Assembly (NCBI GenBank): GCA_040507575.1 | Contig: JBEVOM010000150.1 | Coordinates: 472 to 64,471, forward strand | Source: Ilumatobacteraceae bacterium | GTDB lineage: Bacteria; Actinomycetota; Acidimicrobiia; Acidimicrobiales; Ilumatobacteraceae | Direction: 5' to 3' | Length of the DNA stretch: 64,000 nt | Shown here: one piece after another, positions 1 through 10,831 of the stretch | Layout: each line of letters opens with the position of its first letter | Numbering within the stretch: the first letter of the stretch is position 1 | Translations under genes and position numbers: made by a program | The notes under the pieces: model-generated | The model's database searches: none | What the model was told of the DNA's origin: nothing | Seen by the model: the letters and a program-made list of their open reading frames with translations, nothing else

Positions 1-1677
<1,677 letters not shown>

Positions 1678-1711
1678 CTGCGCCCACGACCATGTTCGCG
1701 ACGGTGTCAGG

Positions 1712-2404
1712 GTGACGAAGGTCGACACGTTCCTCGCCGGCCAGGGCATCGCCAGCCGGATCCTCTACTCGGTCGTGCGGTTCTTCGTCGCCGGGTTCAC
1801 CCGGGGGTGGACCCGGATGGAGATCGAGGGCCGTGAGCACATCCCGACGACCGGCGCGTTCGTCCTGGCCCCCGTGCACCGGTCGAACATCGACACACCG
1901 ATCTCGGCCTGCCTGACCCGCCGGCGACTGCGGTTCATGGGCAAGGACTCGCTGTGGAAGCACGCGCCGGCGGCGTGGTTCCTGTCGTCACTCGGTGGGT
2001 TCCCCGTCTCGCGGGGGACGGCCGATCGTGAGGCCTTGCAGCGGTGCATCGCCGTCCTCGAGGCCGGGGAGCCGCTCGTGCTGTTCCCCGAGGGAGAGCG
2101 CAAGTCCGGCGCCGCGGTGCAACCGTTGTTCGACGGCGCGGCGTACATCGCCCTCAAGGCCGACGTCCCGATCGTGCCGGTCGGCATCGGCGGCTCGGAG
2201 CGGGTGATGCCGAAGGGCGCGAAGTTCATCCACCCGGCGAAGGTCCACGTCGTGATCGGCGCGCCACTGACGATGGTGCTTCCCGACAGCGGGCGCATCC
2301 CACGAGCGCTCGTGCGCGAGACGACGGGTCGGCTGCACGAGACGCTGCAGGTGCTGTTCGACGAGAGCCAACGTCGAGTGCACGGCGCGCTGCCGTCAGC
2401 CTGA
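1712..2404 (+). CDS. 1-acyl-sn-glycerol-3-phosphate acyltransferase (PlsC family)
   Basis: HX4D acyltransferase motif (PVHRSNID) and FPEGERK motif. Start is uncertain: in-frame GTG at 1712, or 1637 which would overlap cmk by 41 nt. Confidence 0.8.
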   Translation: MTKVDTFLAGQGIASRILYSVVRFFVAGFTRGWTRMEIEGREHIPTTGAFVLAPVHRSNIDTPISACLTRRRLRFMGKDSLWKHAPAAWFLSSLGGFPVSRGTADREALQRCIAVLEAGEPLVLFPEGERKSGAAVQPLFDGAAYIALKADVPIVPVGIGGSERVMPKGAKFIHPAKVHVVIGAPLTMVLPDSGRIPRALVRETTGRLHETLQVLFDESQRRVHGALPSA

Positions 2405-3658
2405 TCCCGTCAGGTACGCGCCCAGAGCGTCCGCCAGCCACGCCGGATCAGCGGTGCCGCACACCTCGCGAGCCGAGTGCATCGACAGCTGCGGTACGCC
2501 GACGTCGACGGTGGCGATGCCCAGGCGCGTCGCCGTCAGGGGACCGATCGTCGACCCGCACGGCACGTTGTTGCGGGACACGAACGTCTGCCACGGGACA
2601 GCGGCCGCGGCGCAGGCGCGGGCGAACACCGCGGCGGTCTCGGGCGACGTGGCATAGCGCTGGTTGGCGTTGATCTTGATCGCCGGTCCGTGGTTGACGA
2701 TCGGGGCGTGGTCGGAGTCGTGGCGCTCCACGTAGTTCGGGTGCACGGCGTGGGCGTTGTCGGCCGACACGCAGCTCGACGCGGCGAGCATCCGGTGCAG
2801 GTCGTCGCCGGTCGTCCCCGCGGCCGCCTGGAGGCGTTCGATCACCGTGCCGAGGAACGGGCCCGACGCCCCCGTCGTGCTGGCCGACCCGACCTCCTCG
2901 TGGTCGAACAGGGCGATGACGGCCACGTGGTCGACGGGCTCGGCCGACACGAGTGCGGTCGTCGCCGCCCAGCACGACAGCAGGTTGTCGAGTCGTCCGC
3001 TCGCCAGCAGCGATCCGTCGGCACCGAGGACGGCCGCCCGCTGCACGTCGTAGAGGCACAGGTCCCACCACGACGGCACGACGTCGACGCCGGCCTGCTC
3101 GGCGATCCACGACTCGAACGGCGTCGACAGGTCCGTCGCCCACACCGGCGTCATGTGGGCCTGGCGGTCGAGGACGAGACCGCGCTCGTTGACGTCACGA
3201 TCGAGGTGGATCGCGAGCTGCGGCACCCGCGCGATCGGCCGGTCGACGTCGACGAGCACCGACGTGCCGTCGGGCATCACGAGGCGGCCGGCGATTCCGA
3301 GGTCGCGATCGAGCCAGCTGTTGAGCAGCACGCCGCCGTAGATCTCGACGCCGAGCTGGCGCCATCCGGCCCGCGTGGCGTCAGGGTGCGGCTTCACGCG
3401 CAGTCCCGGTGAGTCGGTGTGGGCCCCGACGACGCGGACCGGGAGCGGTCCGCCGGTCGGTGGCCGTCTCCACGCGACGAGGGCCCCGCCGCGCACGACG
3501 TAGCCCGCCTCGGCGCTGTCGGTCCACGGCGCCGTCTCGTCCCGACCGACGAACCCGGCGGCCTCCAGGGCCGCGACCGACGTGCGCACCGCGTGGAACG
3601 GCGACGGCGATGCGTCGAGGTGCGATCGCAGGTGGTCGATGCCGGCCGCCGGGCTCAT
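2396..3658 (-). CDS. M18 family aminopeptidase (aspartyl aminopeptidase-like)
   Basis: VVGAHTDSPGLRVKP and LFDHEEVGS motifs typical of M18. Internal ATG at 3658 (MSPAAGIDHL) preferred over the upstream extension to 3748. Confidence 0.85.
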   Translation of the reverse strand: MSPAAGIDHLRSHLDASPSPFHAVRTSVAALEAAGFVGRDETAPWTDSAEAGYVVRGGALVAWRRPPTGGPLPVRVVGAHTDSPGLRVKPHPDATRAGWRQLGVEIYGGVLLNSWLDRDLGIAGRLVMPDGTSVLVDVDRPIARVPQLAIHLDRDVNERGLVLDRQAHMTPVWATDLSTPFESWIAEQAGVDVVPSWWDLCLYDVQRAAVLGADGSLLASGRLDNLLSCWAATTALVSAEPVDHVAVIALFDHEEVGSASTTGASGPFLGTVIERLQAAAGTTGDDLHRMLAASSCVSADNAHAVHPNYVERHDSDHAPIVNHGPAIKINANQRYATSPETAAVFARACAAAAVPWQTFVSRNNVPCGSTIGPLTATRLGIATVDVGVPQLSMHSAREVCGTADPAWLADALGAYLTGSG

Positions 3659-3750
3659 CGCGGCCCAGGCGCATGAACGGCCGACGTGCGCGAAGCTGCG
3701 GGTCGGTGGTGGATCAGCACGAGCTCCATCGAACGAGTAGATAATCACCG

Positions 3751-5187
3751 ATGAGCCGTCGCACGAAGATCGTCGCCACGCTCGGCCCGGCGAGCTCGGG
3801 TCCGGCGCGCCTGGAGGCGATGGTGCTGGCCGGCGTCGACGTCGTGCGCCTCAACCTCAGCCACGGCTCGATCGGCGAGCACCTGGAGCGGCTGGCGCTG
3901 GTCCGTGACGTCGCCCGGAAGGTCGGCAAGCCCGTCGGCGTGCTGGCCGACCTGCCCGGCCCGAAGATCCGGGCCGGCGCGTTCCCGGACGGTGGCGTCG
4001 ACCTGGCGCCGGGCGAGACCGTCCGGCTCGTCGCCGGCGGCGACGCCAGCTCCCGCGATGTCATCTCCGTCGCCTACCCGACCCTGCTCGAGGACGTGGA
4101 CCCTGGCGATCGCATCGTGATCGGTGACGGCGGCATCGCCATGCGGACCATCGCCGTCACGGCCGACGCCGTGCTGGCTGAGGTCGAGAACGGCGGACGG
4201 ACGCAGGGGCGGCCCGGCATCCACCTCTCGTGCGAACGCCTGCAGATGTACGCCCCGACCGACGAGGACCTCGTGCTCGCCGAGGCCGTGGCGACGGCCG
4301 GCGTCGAGTACGTCGCGCTGTCGTTCGTCCGGCGCGCCGCGGACGTCGTGAAGCTGCGGGCCGTGGTCGGCGACCGGGCGAAGATCGTCGCCAAGATCGA
4401 GACGTATGCGGCCATCGGCGAGCTCCGGTCGATCACCCAGGTCGCCGATGCCGTCATGGTCGCCCGGGGTGACCTCGGCATCGATTGTCCGCTGGAGGAC
4501 GTTCCGCATCTGCAGAAGGAGATCATCCGCCACTGCGTCGCCGTTGGCGTCCCGGTGATCACGGCGACCCAGATGTTGGAGTCGATGATCGACGCCCCGG
4601 CGCCAACGCGGGCCGAGGTCAGCGACGTCGCCAACGCGGTGTTCGACGGCACCGACGCCGTCATGCTCTCGGGTGAGACGGCGATCGGCCACGACCCGGT
4701 CAACGTCGTCGAGACGATGGCCCGCATCGCCGGACGCGCCGAGACCGAGGCCAGCTACCGGCAGTGGGCCGAGCGGCTCGGGCGGGATCAGCGGGAGTGG
4801 CCGATCGAGGACACGTCGGACCGCATCACCGCGGCCGTCACCCACGCCGCATGGCAGGCCGCCCACGACGCCGGGACGACCGCGATCCTGTGCTGCACGC
4901 GCAGCGGTCGCACGGCCCGGGCGATGGCCCGGTTCCGACCGAGCTGCCGCCTCGTCGGCCTGTCGCCCGACCAGCGCACCGTCGACGCGCTCACGCTGTC
5001 GTGGGGCGTGGAATCGGTGCAGGTCGAGGAGTACCGCTCGAGCGACGAGATGGTCTGGTTCGCCGTCGAGACGGCGTTGCAGCACGGCCTCGTCGAGCAC
5101 GGTGACGTCGTGCTGGTGCTCGCCGGCGCCCCGGACCGCCACAGCGGCACGGCGACGGACGTCATGCGCGTCGTGCGCGTGCAGTGA
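3751..5187 (+). CDS. pyk: pyruvate kinase
   Basis: MSRRTKIVATLGPAS N-terminus, MVARGDLG and LSGETA motifs, full-length 478 aa. Confidence 0.95.
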   Translation: MSRRTKIVATLGPASSGPARLEAMVLAGVDVVRLNLSHGSIGEHLERLALVRDVARKVGKPVGVLADLPGPKIRAGAFPDGGVDLAPGETVRLVAGGDASSRDVISVAYPTLLEDVDPGDRIVIGDGGIAMRTIAVTADAVLAEVENGGRTQGRPGIHLSCERLQMYAPTDEDLVLAEAVATAGVEYVALSFVRRAADVVKLRAVVGDRAKIVAKIETYAAIGELRSITQVADAVMVARGDLGIDCPLEDVPHLQKEIIRHCVAVGVPVITATQMLESMIDAPAPTRAEVSDVANAVFDGTDAVMLSGETAIGHDPVNVVETMARIAGRAETEASYRQWAERLGRDQREWPIEDTSDRITAAVTHAAWQAAHDAGTTAILCCTRSGRTARAMARFRPSCRLVGLSPDQRTVDALTLSWGVESVQVEEYRSSDEMVWFAVETALQHGLVEHGDVVLVLAGAPDRHSGTATDVMRVVRVQ

Positions 5188-5957
5188 CCGGCCGCGACAC
5201 CGCGCCGATCTGGTCGGAGGAGAAGGGCCCGCACGGCGCACCGATCGTGGTGCTCGTGCACGGCTCGATGGACCGCTCGGCCGGGTTGCTGCGCCTGAGC
5301 CGGAGGCTCGACCGCACGTGCCGGGTGCTGCGCTACGACCGGCGCGGGTACGGGCGGTCGTCACCCCACGCAGGACCGTTCACGATGACCGAGCAGGTAG
5401 CGGACCTCGACGGTCTCGTCGCCGGGCGGCGGGTCGTCGTGTTCGGACACAGCTACGGCGGCAACGTCGCGCTCGCGTACGCGGCCCGCCGCCCCGACCT
5501 GGTGCGGGCGGTCGGCGTGTACGAGGCACCGTTGTCGTGGATGGACTGGTGGCCCGGTTCGACGGCTGGCGGTTCGGGCCCGGCCACCGACGGCGAGCCG
5601 GCCGACGCCGCCGAGCGGTTCATGCGCCGGATGGTCGGCGATGCGATGTGGGAGCGCCTACCGGCCGGGACGCGCGCCGCTCGGCGGGCCGAAGGACCGG
5701 CGATGATCGAGGAGCTGACCGACGTCGGTCGGCACGCGCCGTGGACACCAGGGTCGATCGTGCAGCACGTCGTCGCGATGCACGGGACGCGGGGCGCCCG
5801 TCACCACATCGCAGCGACGGTGCTGCTCGGCACGATCCTGCCCGACTGCCAGGTCGTCACCATCGACGGGGCGCGCCACGACGGGCCGAACTCCCACGCC
5901 GACGCGGTGGCCGCAGAGATCGGTTCGCTCGTCACTCGAGCGGCGACGACACCGTGA
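5184..5957 (+). CDS. alpha/beta-fold hydrolase
   Basis: VVLVHGS oxyanion region and GHSYGG nucleophile elbow. GTGA overlap with the pyk stop. Confidence 0.8.
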   Translation: MTGRDTAPIWSEEKGPHGAPIVVLVHGSMDRSAGLLRLSRRLDRTCRVLRYDRRGYGRSSPHAGPFTMTEQVADLDGLVAGRRVVVFGHSYGGNVALAYAARRPDLVRAVGVYEAPLSWMDWWPGSTAGGSGPATDGEPADAAERFMRRMVGDAMWERLPAGTRAARRAEGPAMIEELTDVGRHAPWTPGSIVQHVVAMHGTRGARHHIAATVLLGTILPDCQVVTIDGARHDGPNSHADAVAAEIGSLVTRAATTP

Positions 5958-6261
5958 CCTCGCGTCCGAAGAAGGTGCACGTGGTGTCGTCCACGGCGCC
6001 GGCCGCCAACGTCGTGCGCACCCGGTCGGCGCAGTCCTGCACCGAGCTGCGCTGGGTCCAGACCAACCCGACCAGCACGGCGAGCACCGCGACCGTGAGC
6101 AGCTTGGCCGCGATCGCCTTGATCAGCCACGCCATCAGCACCGCCAGCACGACCGCACCGGCGACGACGGCCACGGCCCAGTCGCGGGCGTTCTCGAACG
6201 TCAGGGCGACCACGCCGGGGACCGTAGGTGAACCTGGCCCGGCGCTCGCGTACCCTCCCAT
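5932..6261 (-). CDS. small predicted membrane protein (two hydrophobic helices)
   Basis: C-terminal 109 codons of a long shadow ORF. The hydrophobic stretch WAVAVVAGAVVLAVLMAWLIKAIAAKLLTVAVLAVLVGLVW reads as genuine coding. Divergent from the DUF3151 gene, and its 3' end overlaps the hydrolase by 26 nt. Confidence 0.4.
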   Translation of the reverse strand: MGGYASAGPGSPTVPGVVALTFENARDWAVAVVAGAVVLAVLMAWLIKAIAAKLLTVAVLAVLVGLVWTQRSSVQDCADRVRTTLAAGAVDDTTCTFFGREVTVSSPLE

Positions 6262-6264
6262 CCC

Positions 6265-6699
6265 ATGAGCGACCAACGTCCCGTCACGATGTCCCAGGGG
6301 CTCCCGTCGACCGTCCTGCCGGCGCCCGATGCCGACGCCGCGGCGGCACTGGAGGCCGCACTGGCCCTCGACGGCGCCGCCCGCCGCGACGCCGTCGCCG
6401 CGGTCGTCGCCCAGCGGCCGCGGTTCCTCCAAGCCTGGGCCGAGCTCGGCGATCTCGGGCGCGACCCGATCGAGCGCTACGCCTACTACCGCGTCGGCTA
6501 CCACCGGGGGCTCGACGCCCTGCGGGCCAACGGGTGGCGCGGCTCTGGATACGTGCGGTGGTCGGCGCCGACCAACACCGGGTTCCTCCGCTCGCTCGCC
6601 GGCCTCGGGGCGATGGCGACCGAGATCGGCGAGGCCGACGAGGCCGAGCGCATCGCCGTGTTCCTGGTGCAGCTCGACCCCGACACGCCGGTGCGCTGA
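6265..6699 (+). CDS. DUF3151-like conserved actinobacterial protein
   Basis: YAYYRVGYHRGLDALRANGWRGSGYVRW and NTGFLRSL segments match my recollection of DUF3151. Confidence 0.7.
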   Translation: MSDQRPVTMSQGLPSTVLPAPDADAAAALEAALALDGAARRDAVAAVVAQRPRFLQAWAELGDLGRDPIERYAYYRVGYHRGLDALRANGWRGSGYVRWSAPTNTGFLRSLAGLGAMATEIGEADEAERIAVFLVQLDPDTPVR

Positions 6700-6706
6700 G
6701 GCTCGG

Positions 6707-7267
6707 GTGACGGCGGGGGCGGTGCTCACCGGCGGGTCCAGCCGGCGGATGGGGACCGACAAGGCGTTCGTCGAGGTCGATGGTGTCCCGATGGCCGAGC
6801 GCGTCGCTGCTGCCCTGTCCGGAGGTGGCTGTTCGCCGGTGTCGTACGTCGGCGGGGACGTCGCGCTCCTCGCCCGCTTCGGCCGGACCGTGCACGCCGA
6901 CCGGTTCCCCGGGGCCGGCCCGCTGGGCGGGGTGCTGACGGCGTTGGCGGCGCTCGGTGACGTCCTGGTCGCCGCGTGCGACCTGCCGCTCCTCGACGCG
7001 GCGACGGTGACGCGGTTGCTCGTCGCCGCGCGCGCTGCGCCCGACGCGCCCGTGATCGTCGCCCGCACCGATCGTGTGGAGCCGGCCCTCGCGGTCTGGC
7101 GCACCACCGCCGTCCCGGCGATCGAGGCGCACTGGGCGGCCGGCGGGCGGGCACTCCACGGCGCACTGGACGTGCTCGACGTCGTGACGGTGCCGGTCGA
7201 AGTCGGGGCGATGCGCAACGTGAACACGCTCGCCGAGCTCTCGGCGACTCCTCGCCACCCGACCTGA
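6707..7267 (+). CDS. mobA: molybdenum cofactor guanylyltransferase
   Basis: LTGGSSRRMGTDKA nucleotide-binding motif and AACDLP motif. GTG at 6707 is in frame within the longer 6329..7267 ORF, whose upstream part is Arg/Pro-rich shadow. Confidence 0.8.
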   Translation: MTAGAVLTGGSSRRMGTDKAFVEVDGVPMAERVAAALSGGGCSPVSYVGGDVALLARFGRTVHADRFPGAGPLGGVLTALAALGDVLVAACDLPLLDAATVTRLLVAARAAPDAPVIVARTDRVEPALAVWRTTAVPAIEAHWAAGGRALHGALDVLDVVTVPVEVGAMRNVNTLAELSATPRHPT

Positions 7268-7285
7268 GGTGGGTACATTGGCCCC

Positions 7286-7615
7286 GTGGCTGTGACCGAG
7301 ATCGATATCGACCAGTTCGCCGAGGTGCTCACCGCCGGGGCGCGCGTGATCGACGTCCGTGAACCGGACGAGTACGAGGCCGGCCACGTCCCCGGCGCGG
7401 TCCTGATCCCGCTCGGCACCGTTCCCGAGCACCTCGACGCCTTCCTCGGCGACGGCCCGACGTACGTGATCTGCCAGGCCGGTGGTCGCAGCCGGCGGGC
7501 CTGCGAGCTCGTCGACGCCGGCGGCCTCGACGGTGTGCGCACCGTCAACGTCGCCGGCGGGACCGGCGCCTGGATCGCGTCCGGCCGCGAGACGGTCGTC
7601 GGGGACCAGCCTTGA
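7286..7615 (+). CDS. rhodanese-domain sulfurtransferase
   Basis: DVREPDEYEAGHVPGA and active-site loop CQAGGRS (CX4R). Confidence 0.8.
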   Translation: MAVTEIDIDQFAEVLTAGARVIDVREPDEYEAGHVPGAVLIPLGTVPEHLDAFLGDGPTYVICQAGGRSRRACELVDAGGLDGVRTVNVAGGTGAWIASGRETVVGDQP

Positions 7616-7667
7616 CGAGGCTCGCCCACCGGCGCTCGCTCACTCGTGTCGAGGTTGGTGCGGCGGC

Positions 7668-8807
7668 GTGACGTTCGACTGGGTCGACGATCCGGCGCAG
7701 CTCGAGGCGCTCATCGACACGCTCGTCACCCAGCCCCGTTACGCAATCGACACCGAGTTCCACCGCGAGCGCACCTACTTCCCGCGCCTCGCCCTGGTGC
7801 AGGTCGCCTGGCCGGGCGGGTTGGCGCTGTTCGACCCGCTCGCCGTCGACCCGCATCCCCTGGCCCGGCTGTTCGAGAGCCCGGCGCTGGCCGTGGCCCA
7901 CGCCGCGCAACAAGACCTCGACGTGCTCACGCACGCCGTCGGGGCGATCCCGGCCCACCTGTTCGACACCCAGGTCGCCGCCGGCTTCGTCGGCTACGGC
8001 ACGCCGTCGCTGGTGTCGTTGCTGCAGGGCGAGGTCGGCATCACGCCGGCCAAGGGAGATCGGTTGACCGACTGGCTGCGCCGGCCGCTGACCGAGGCGC
8101 AGTGCGCGTACGCGGCCGCCGACGTGGCGTCGCTGCTCGAGCTGCACGACAAGCTCGTCGAGCAACTCGTCCAGCTCGGCCGGTTGACGTGGGCCGAGGA
8201 CGCGTGCGAGGAGCTGCGCGCCCGCCCGACGGGCGCGACGCCGCCGGAGCAGGCGTGGATGAAGTTGAAGGACGCGCGCTCGCTGCGGTCACGGGCCCGC
8301 GCCGTCGCCCAATCGGTGGCCGCGTGGCGCGAGCGGGAGGCCGCGTCCAATGACTCGCCGGTGCGCCAGGTGCTGCCCGATCTGGCGATCCTCGGCATCG
8401 CCCAGCGTCAACCGGCGACGCTCGACGAGCTCGCCCAGGCACGCGGCGTCGACGAGCGGCACCGCCGCGGCCGCGTCGGACGCGACATCCTGGCTGCCGT
8501 CGCCGAGGGCAAGGCGGCCGAGCCGCCGCCCGTTCCCGACGCCTCCGAGGAGGTCGACCGCGCCAGGCGACCGGCCATCACGCTGGTGTCGGCGTGGGTC
8601 AGCCAGGTCGCCCGCGACTCGAAGATCGACACCGCGCTCCTGGCGACCCGGTCCGACCTGGTCGCCGTGATCAGAGGCGATGCGGACGCCCGGCTGGCCC
8701 ACGGCTGGCGCGCCGAGATGATCGGCGACGGCGTGGCCCGCCTCATGGACGGCCGCGCCGCGCTGACGTTCGACGGCAAGGGCAGCCTCCGCCTCGTCGA
8801 CACCTGA
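7668..8807 (+). CDS. rnd: ribonuclease D
   Basis: DEDD 3'-5' exonuclease motifs (AIDTEF, HAAQQDL, YAAADV) followed by an HRDC-like region. GTG at 7668 is in frame in the 7482..8807 ORF. Confidence 0.85.
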   Translation: MTFDWVDDPAQLEALIDTLVTQPRYAIDTEFHRERTYFPRLALVQVAWPGGLALFDPLAVDPHPLARLFESPALAVAHAAQQDLDVLTHAVGAIPAHLFDTQVAAGFVGYGTPSLVSLLQGEVGITPAKGDRLTDWLRRPLTEAQCAYAAADVASLLELHDKLVEQLVQLGRLTWAEDACEELRARPTGATPPEQAWMKLKDARSLRSRARAVAQSVAAWREREAASNDSPVRQVLPDLAILGIAQRQPATLDELAQARGVDERHRRGRVGRDILAAVAEGKAAEPPPVPDASEEVDRARRPAITLVSAWVSQVARDSKIDTALLATRSDLVAVIRGDADARLAHGWRAEMIGDGVARLMDGRAALTFDGKGSLRLVDT

Positions 8808-8850
8808 ATCGGCCGCCGGCCCCCTCAGCGGGGCGCACGGCGGCTGCGCC

Positions 8851-9651
8851 TCAGCTCCGCAGGACCTTGCGCAGCTTGATCCAGAGCGTGTCGAACGCCT
8901 GGATCACGTCGCCGGCCCTGGTGCCATAAGAGTGGATCGGCCGACGCTCGCCGAGGGCCTGGTTGACGATCACCCGTTGCGGGACCGGGGGTCTCCAGAT
9001 GGTGCCCCGTCCGACGATCCGGCCGAGCTCCTCGATCCGCCGTTCGGCCTCGCTCGACACGGCCGGCACGCGGTTGATCACGACGCCGCACAGGTCGAGA
9101 TCGGGGTTGGCGCCCTCCCAGACCCCGTCGACGGCGTCGGCGACGCTGCCGATGCCGCGCAACCCGAGCGCCGAGGGATCGACGACGATCAGGGCGTGGC
9201 GCGCCGATGTCAGCGCGATCAGCGTCGGGCCGCCGAGGGTCGGCGGGCAGTCGACGAGGATGGCGTCGTAGCGGTCCTCGGGCACGACGGCGAGCGCCCC
9301 GCGCAGGTGCGTCGTCGCCGAGTCGTCGAGCGCGTCGGCGGTGCCCGGCCCGCCCGGGATGAGGTCGATGCGCTCGGACCAGGGTGACGGGACGACCACG
9401 GATGCGGCGTCGGAGCCCCCCAGCACGGCCTCGATGCCCTTCGACCCGGCCGGATCGGGGTCATGGCCCAGCACCCACGTCGACGACGCCTGTGGGTCGA
9501 GGTCGACCACGAGCACCCGGCGGCCGGCCGCCGCGGCTGCGGACGCCAGCCCCAGCGTGACGGTGGTCTTGCCGACGCCACCCTTCTGGTTGAGGATGGC
9601 GACCGATCGTGGTGCCGGTGTCGCCACGGTGCGCTCTCGCCCTCGAGCCAT
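8851..9651 (-). CDS. ParA/MinD-family ATPase (orphan ParA-like)
   Basis: Deviant Walker A NQKGGVGKTT and VVDLDPQASS. Internal ATG at 9651 (MARGRERT) preferred over the upstream extension. Confidence 0.85.
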   Translation of the reverse strand: MARGRERTVATPAPRSVAILNQKGGVGKTTVTLGLASAAAAAGRRVLVVDLDPQASSTWVLGHDPDPAGSKGIEAVLGGSDAASVVVPSPWSERIDLIPGGPGTADALDDSATTHLRGALAVVPEDRYDAILVDCPPTLGGPTLIALTSARHALIVVDPSALGLRGIGSVADAVDGVWEGANPDLDLCGVVINRVPAVSSEAERRIEELGRIVGRGTIWRPPVPQRVIVNQALGERRPIHSYGTRAGDVIQAFDTLWIKLRKVLRS

Positions 9652-9744
9652 GGGCCGATCCTGACACACCGTGATGCCGTTGCCGCAGGGGCGGGACCGG
9701 TACACTGGCCGCCAATGCCAAATCACTAGTCCTGGGAGCCCTGC

Positions 9745-9942
9745 GTGAAGAAGGGTCGTCATCGCCGCTTCGAAGAAGCGCGAAAGCTGAAGCAATCTGG
9801 TCCGGGGGCGTTCGACCTCGGTTTCGGTGATCGCAGCCGTGAGGGCACCGCGACCACCACCCAGGACGACGACGACTACGCCGCTCTGGCGGAGAAGTAC
9901 GGCGTCGAGTTCGAGGACGACGACCCCGAGCCCGAGGACTGA
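9745..9942 (+). CDS. small disordered protein with basic N-terminus and acidic C-terminus (possibly DUF3073-like)
   Basis: 65 codons with a GTG start, MKKGRHRRFEEARKLK then a D/E-rich tail. High GC3 in this frame. Divergent from the parA-like gene. Confidence 0.45.
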   Translation: MKKGRHRRFEEARKLKQSGPGAFDLGFGDRSREGTATTTQDDDDYAALAEKYGVEFEDDDPEPED

Positions 9943-9948
9943 CCCGGG

Positions 9949-10689
9949 TCAGCTCCCCCGCACGGCGGGATGGGGGAGCGGCACCCAACCTGGACGTTCC
10001 AGCTGTTCGACGAGCGTGTCGTAGACGCTCTCGCCGACGAGCTCCACGATCTCGTCGCGCGAGGACTTGTACACCGGCTCGGCGCCGACGAACGCTTCGG
10101 GTGACTCCGTGCACCACCAGTGGAACTCGGACCCGCCCTCGCCCCAATCGCGCCGCTTCCACTCCCGCAGGCGCGACGTCAGGTGCCCGTTCTCGTCGGT
10201 CGCGTGCTCCAAGCGCATCGGCACCTGCCAGCACACGTCCGGCTTCCAGTCGAGCGGCCGCTCGCCGGCCGCAAGTGCGCCGATGTGCAGGGCACAGCCG
10301 GTGCCGCCGGCGAAGCCCGGCCGGTTGAGGAAGATGCAGGCGTCGTCGACGAGGCGGGTGGTGGTGACGGTGCTGCCGTCCTCGGCCGGCTCACCGGGCC
10401 GCAGGAAGCCGCCACGCCTGGCCTTGGCGTGGAACTGCATCTGGTCGGGACGCAGCCGCACGAACGCCCTCACGACGTCGGCGACGTCGTCGTCGTCGAC
10501 GAAGTGGGCGCCGTAGCTGCAGCAGCCGAGCTCGAGCTCGGGCGCCGGACCGTCCAGGATGCCGAGACAGCCCTGGCCGTAGATGCAGCGGTAGCTGGAG
10601 CGCAGGAACGTGGCGTCGAAGAGCCACGTCCGCAGCTCGTCGGCGTCCTCGAAGCTGATCCACTCGTGCACGTCGTCCGGATCCTTCAT
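9949..10689 (-). CDS. conserved Cys-rich hypothetical protein
   Basis: 246-aa ORF with ordinary amino-acid composition and several Cys motifs (YGQGCLG, GCCSYGAHF, GTGCALH, DVCWQVP). No family named with confidence. Confidence 0.7.
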   Translation of the reverse strand: MKDPDDVHEWISFEDADELRTWLFDATFLRSSYRCIYGQGCLGILDGPAPELELGCCSYGAHFVDDDDVADVVRAFVRLRPDQMQFHAKARRGGFLRPGEPAEDGSTVTTTRLVDDACIFLNRPGFAGGTGCALHIGALAAGERPLDWKPDVCWQVPMRLEHATDENGHLTSRLREWKRRDWGEGGSEFHWWCTESPEAFVGAEPVYKSSRDEIVELVGESVYDTLVEQLERPGWVPLPHPAVRGS

Positions 10690-10831
10690 CGGCGAGCGAA
10701 CCTACGGGTTCTGACCGCGTTCCGGGGCCATAAGTGGCCCCGATCTTCACAGAGAACGAGAACGGGGGACACGGGGGAGGGCTGATGCCGCCGGCCCCGC
10801 GAGCGGGGCACCGGTAGGCTCACCAGGACCT

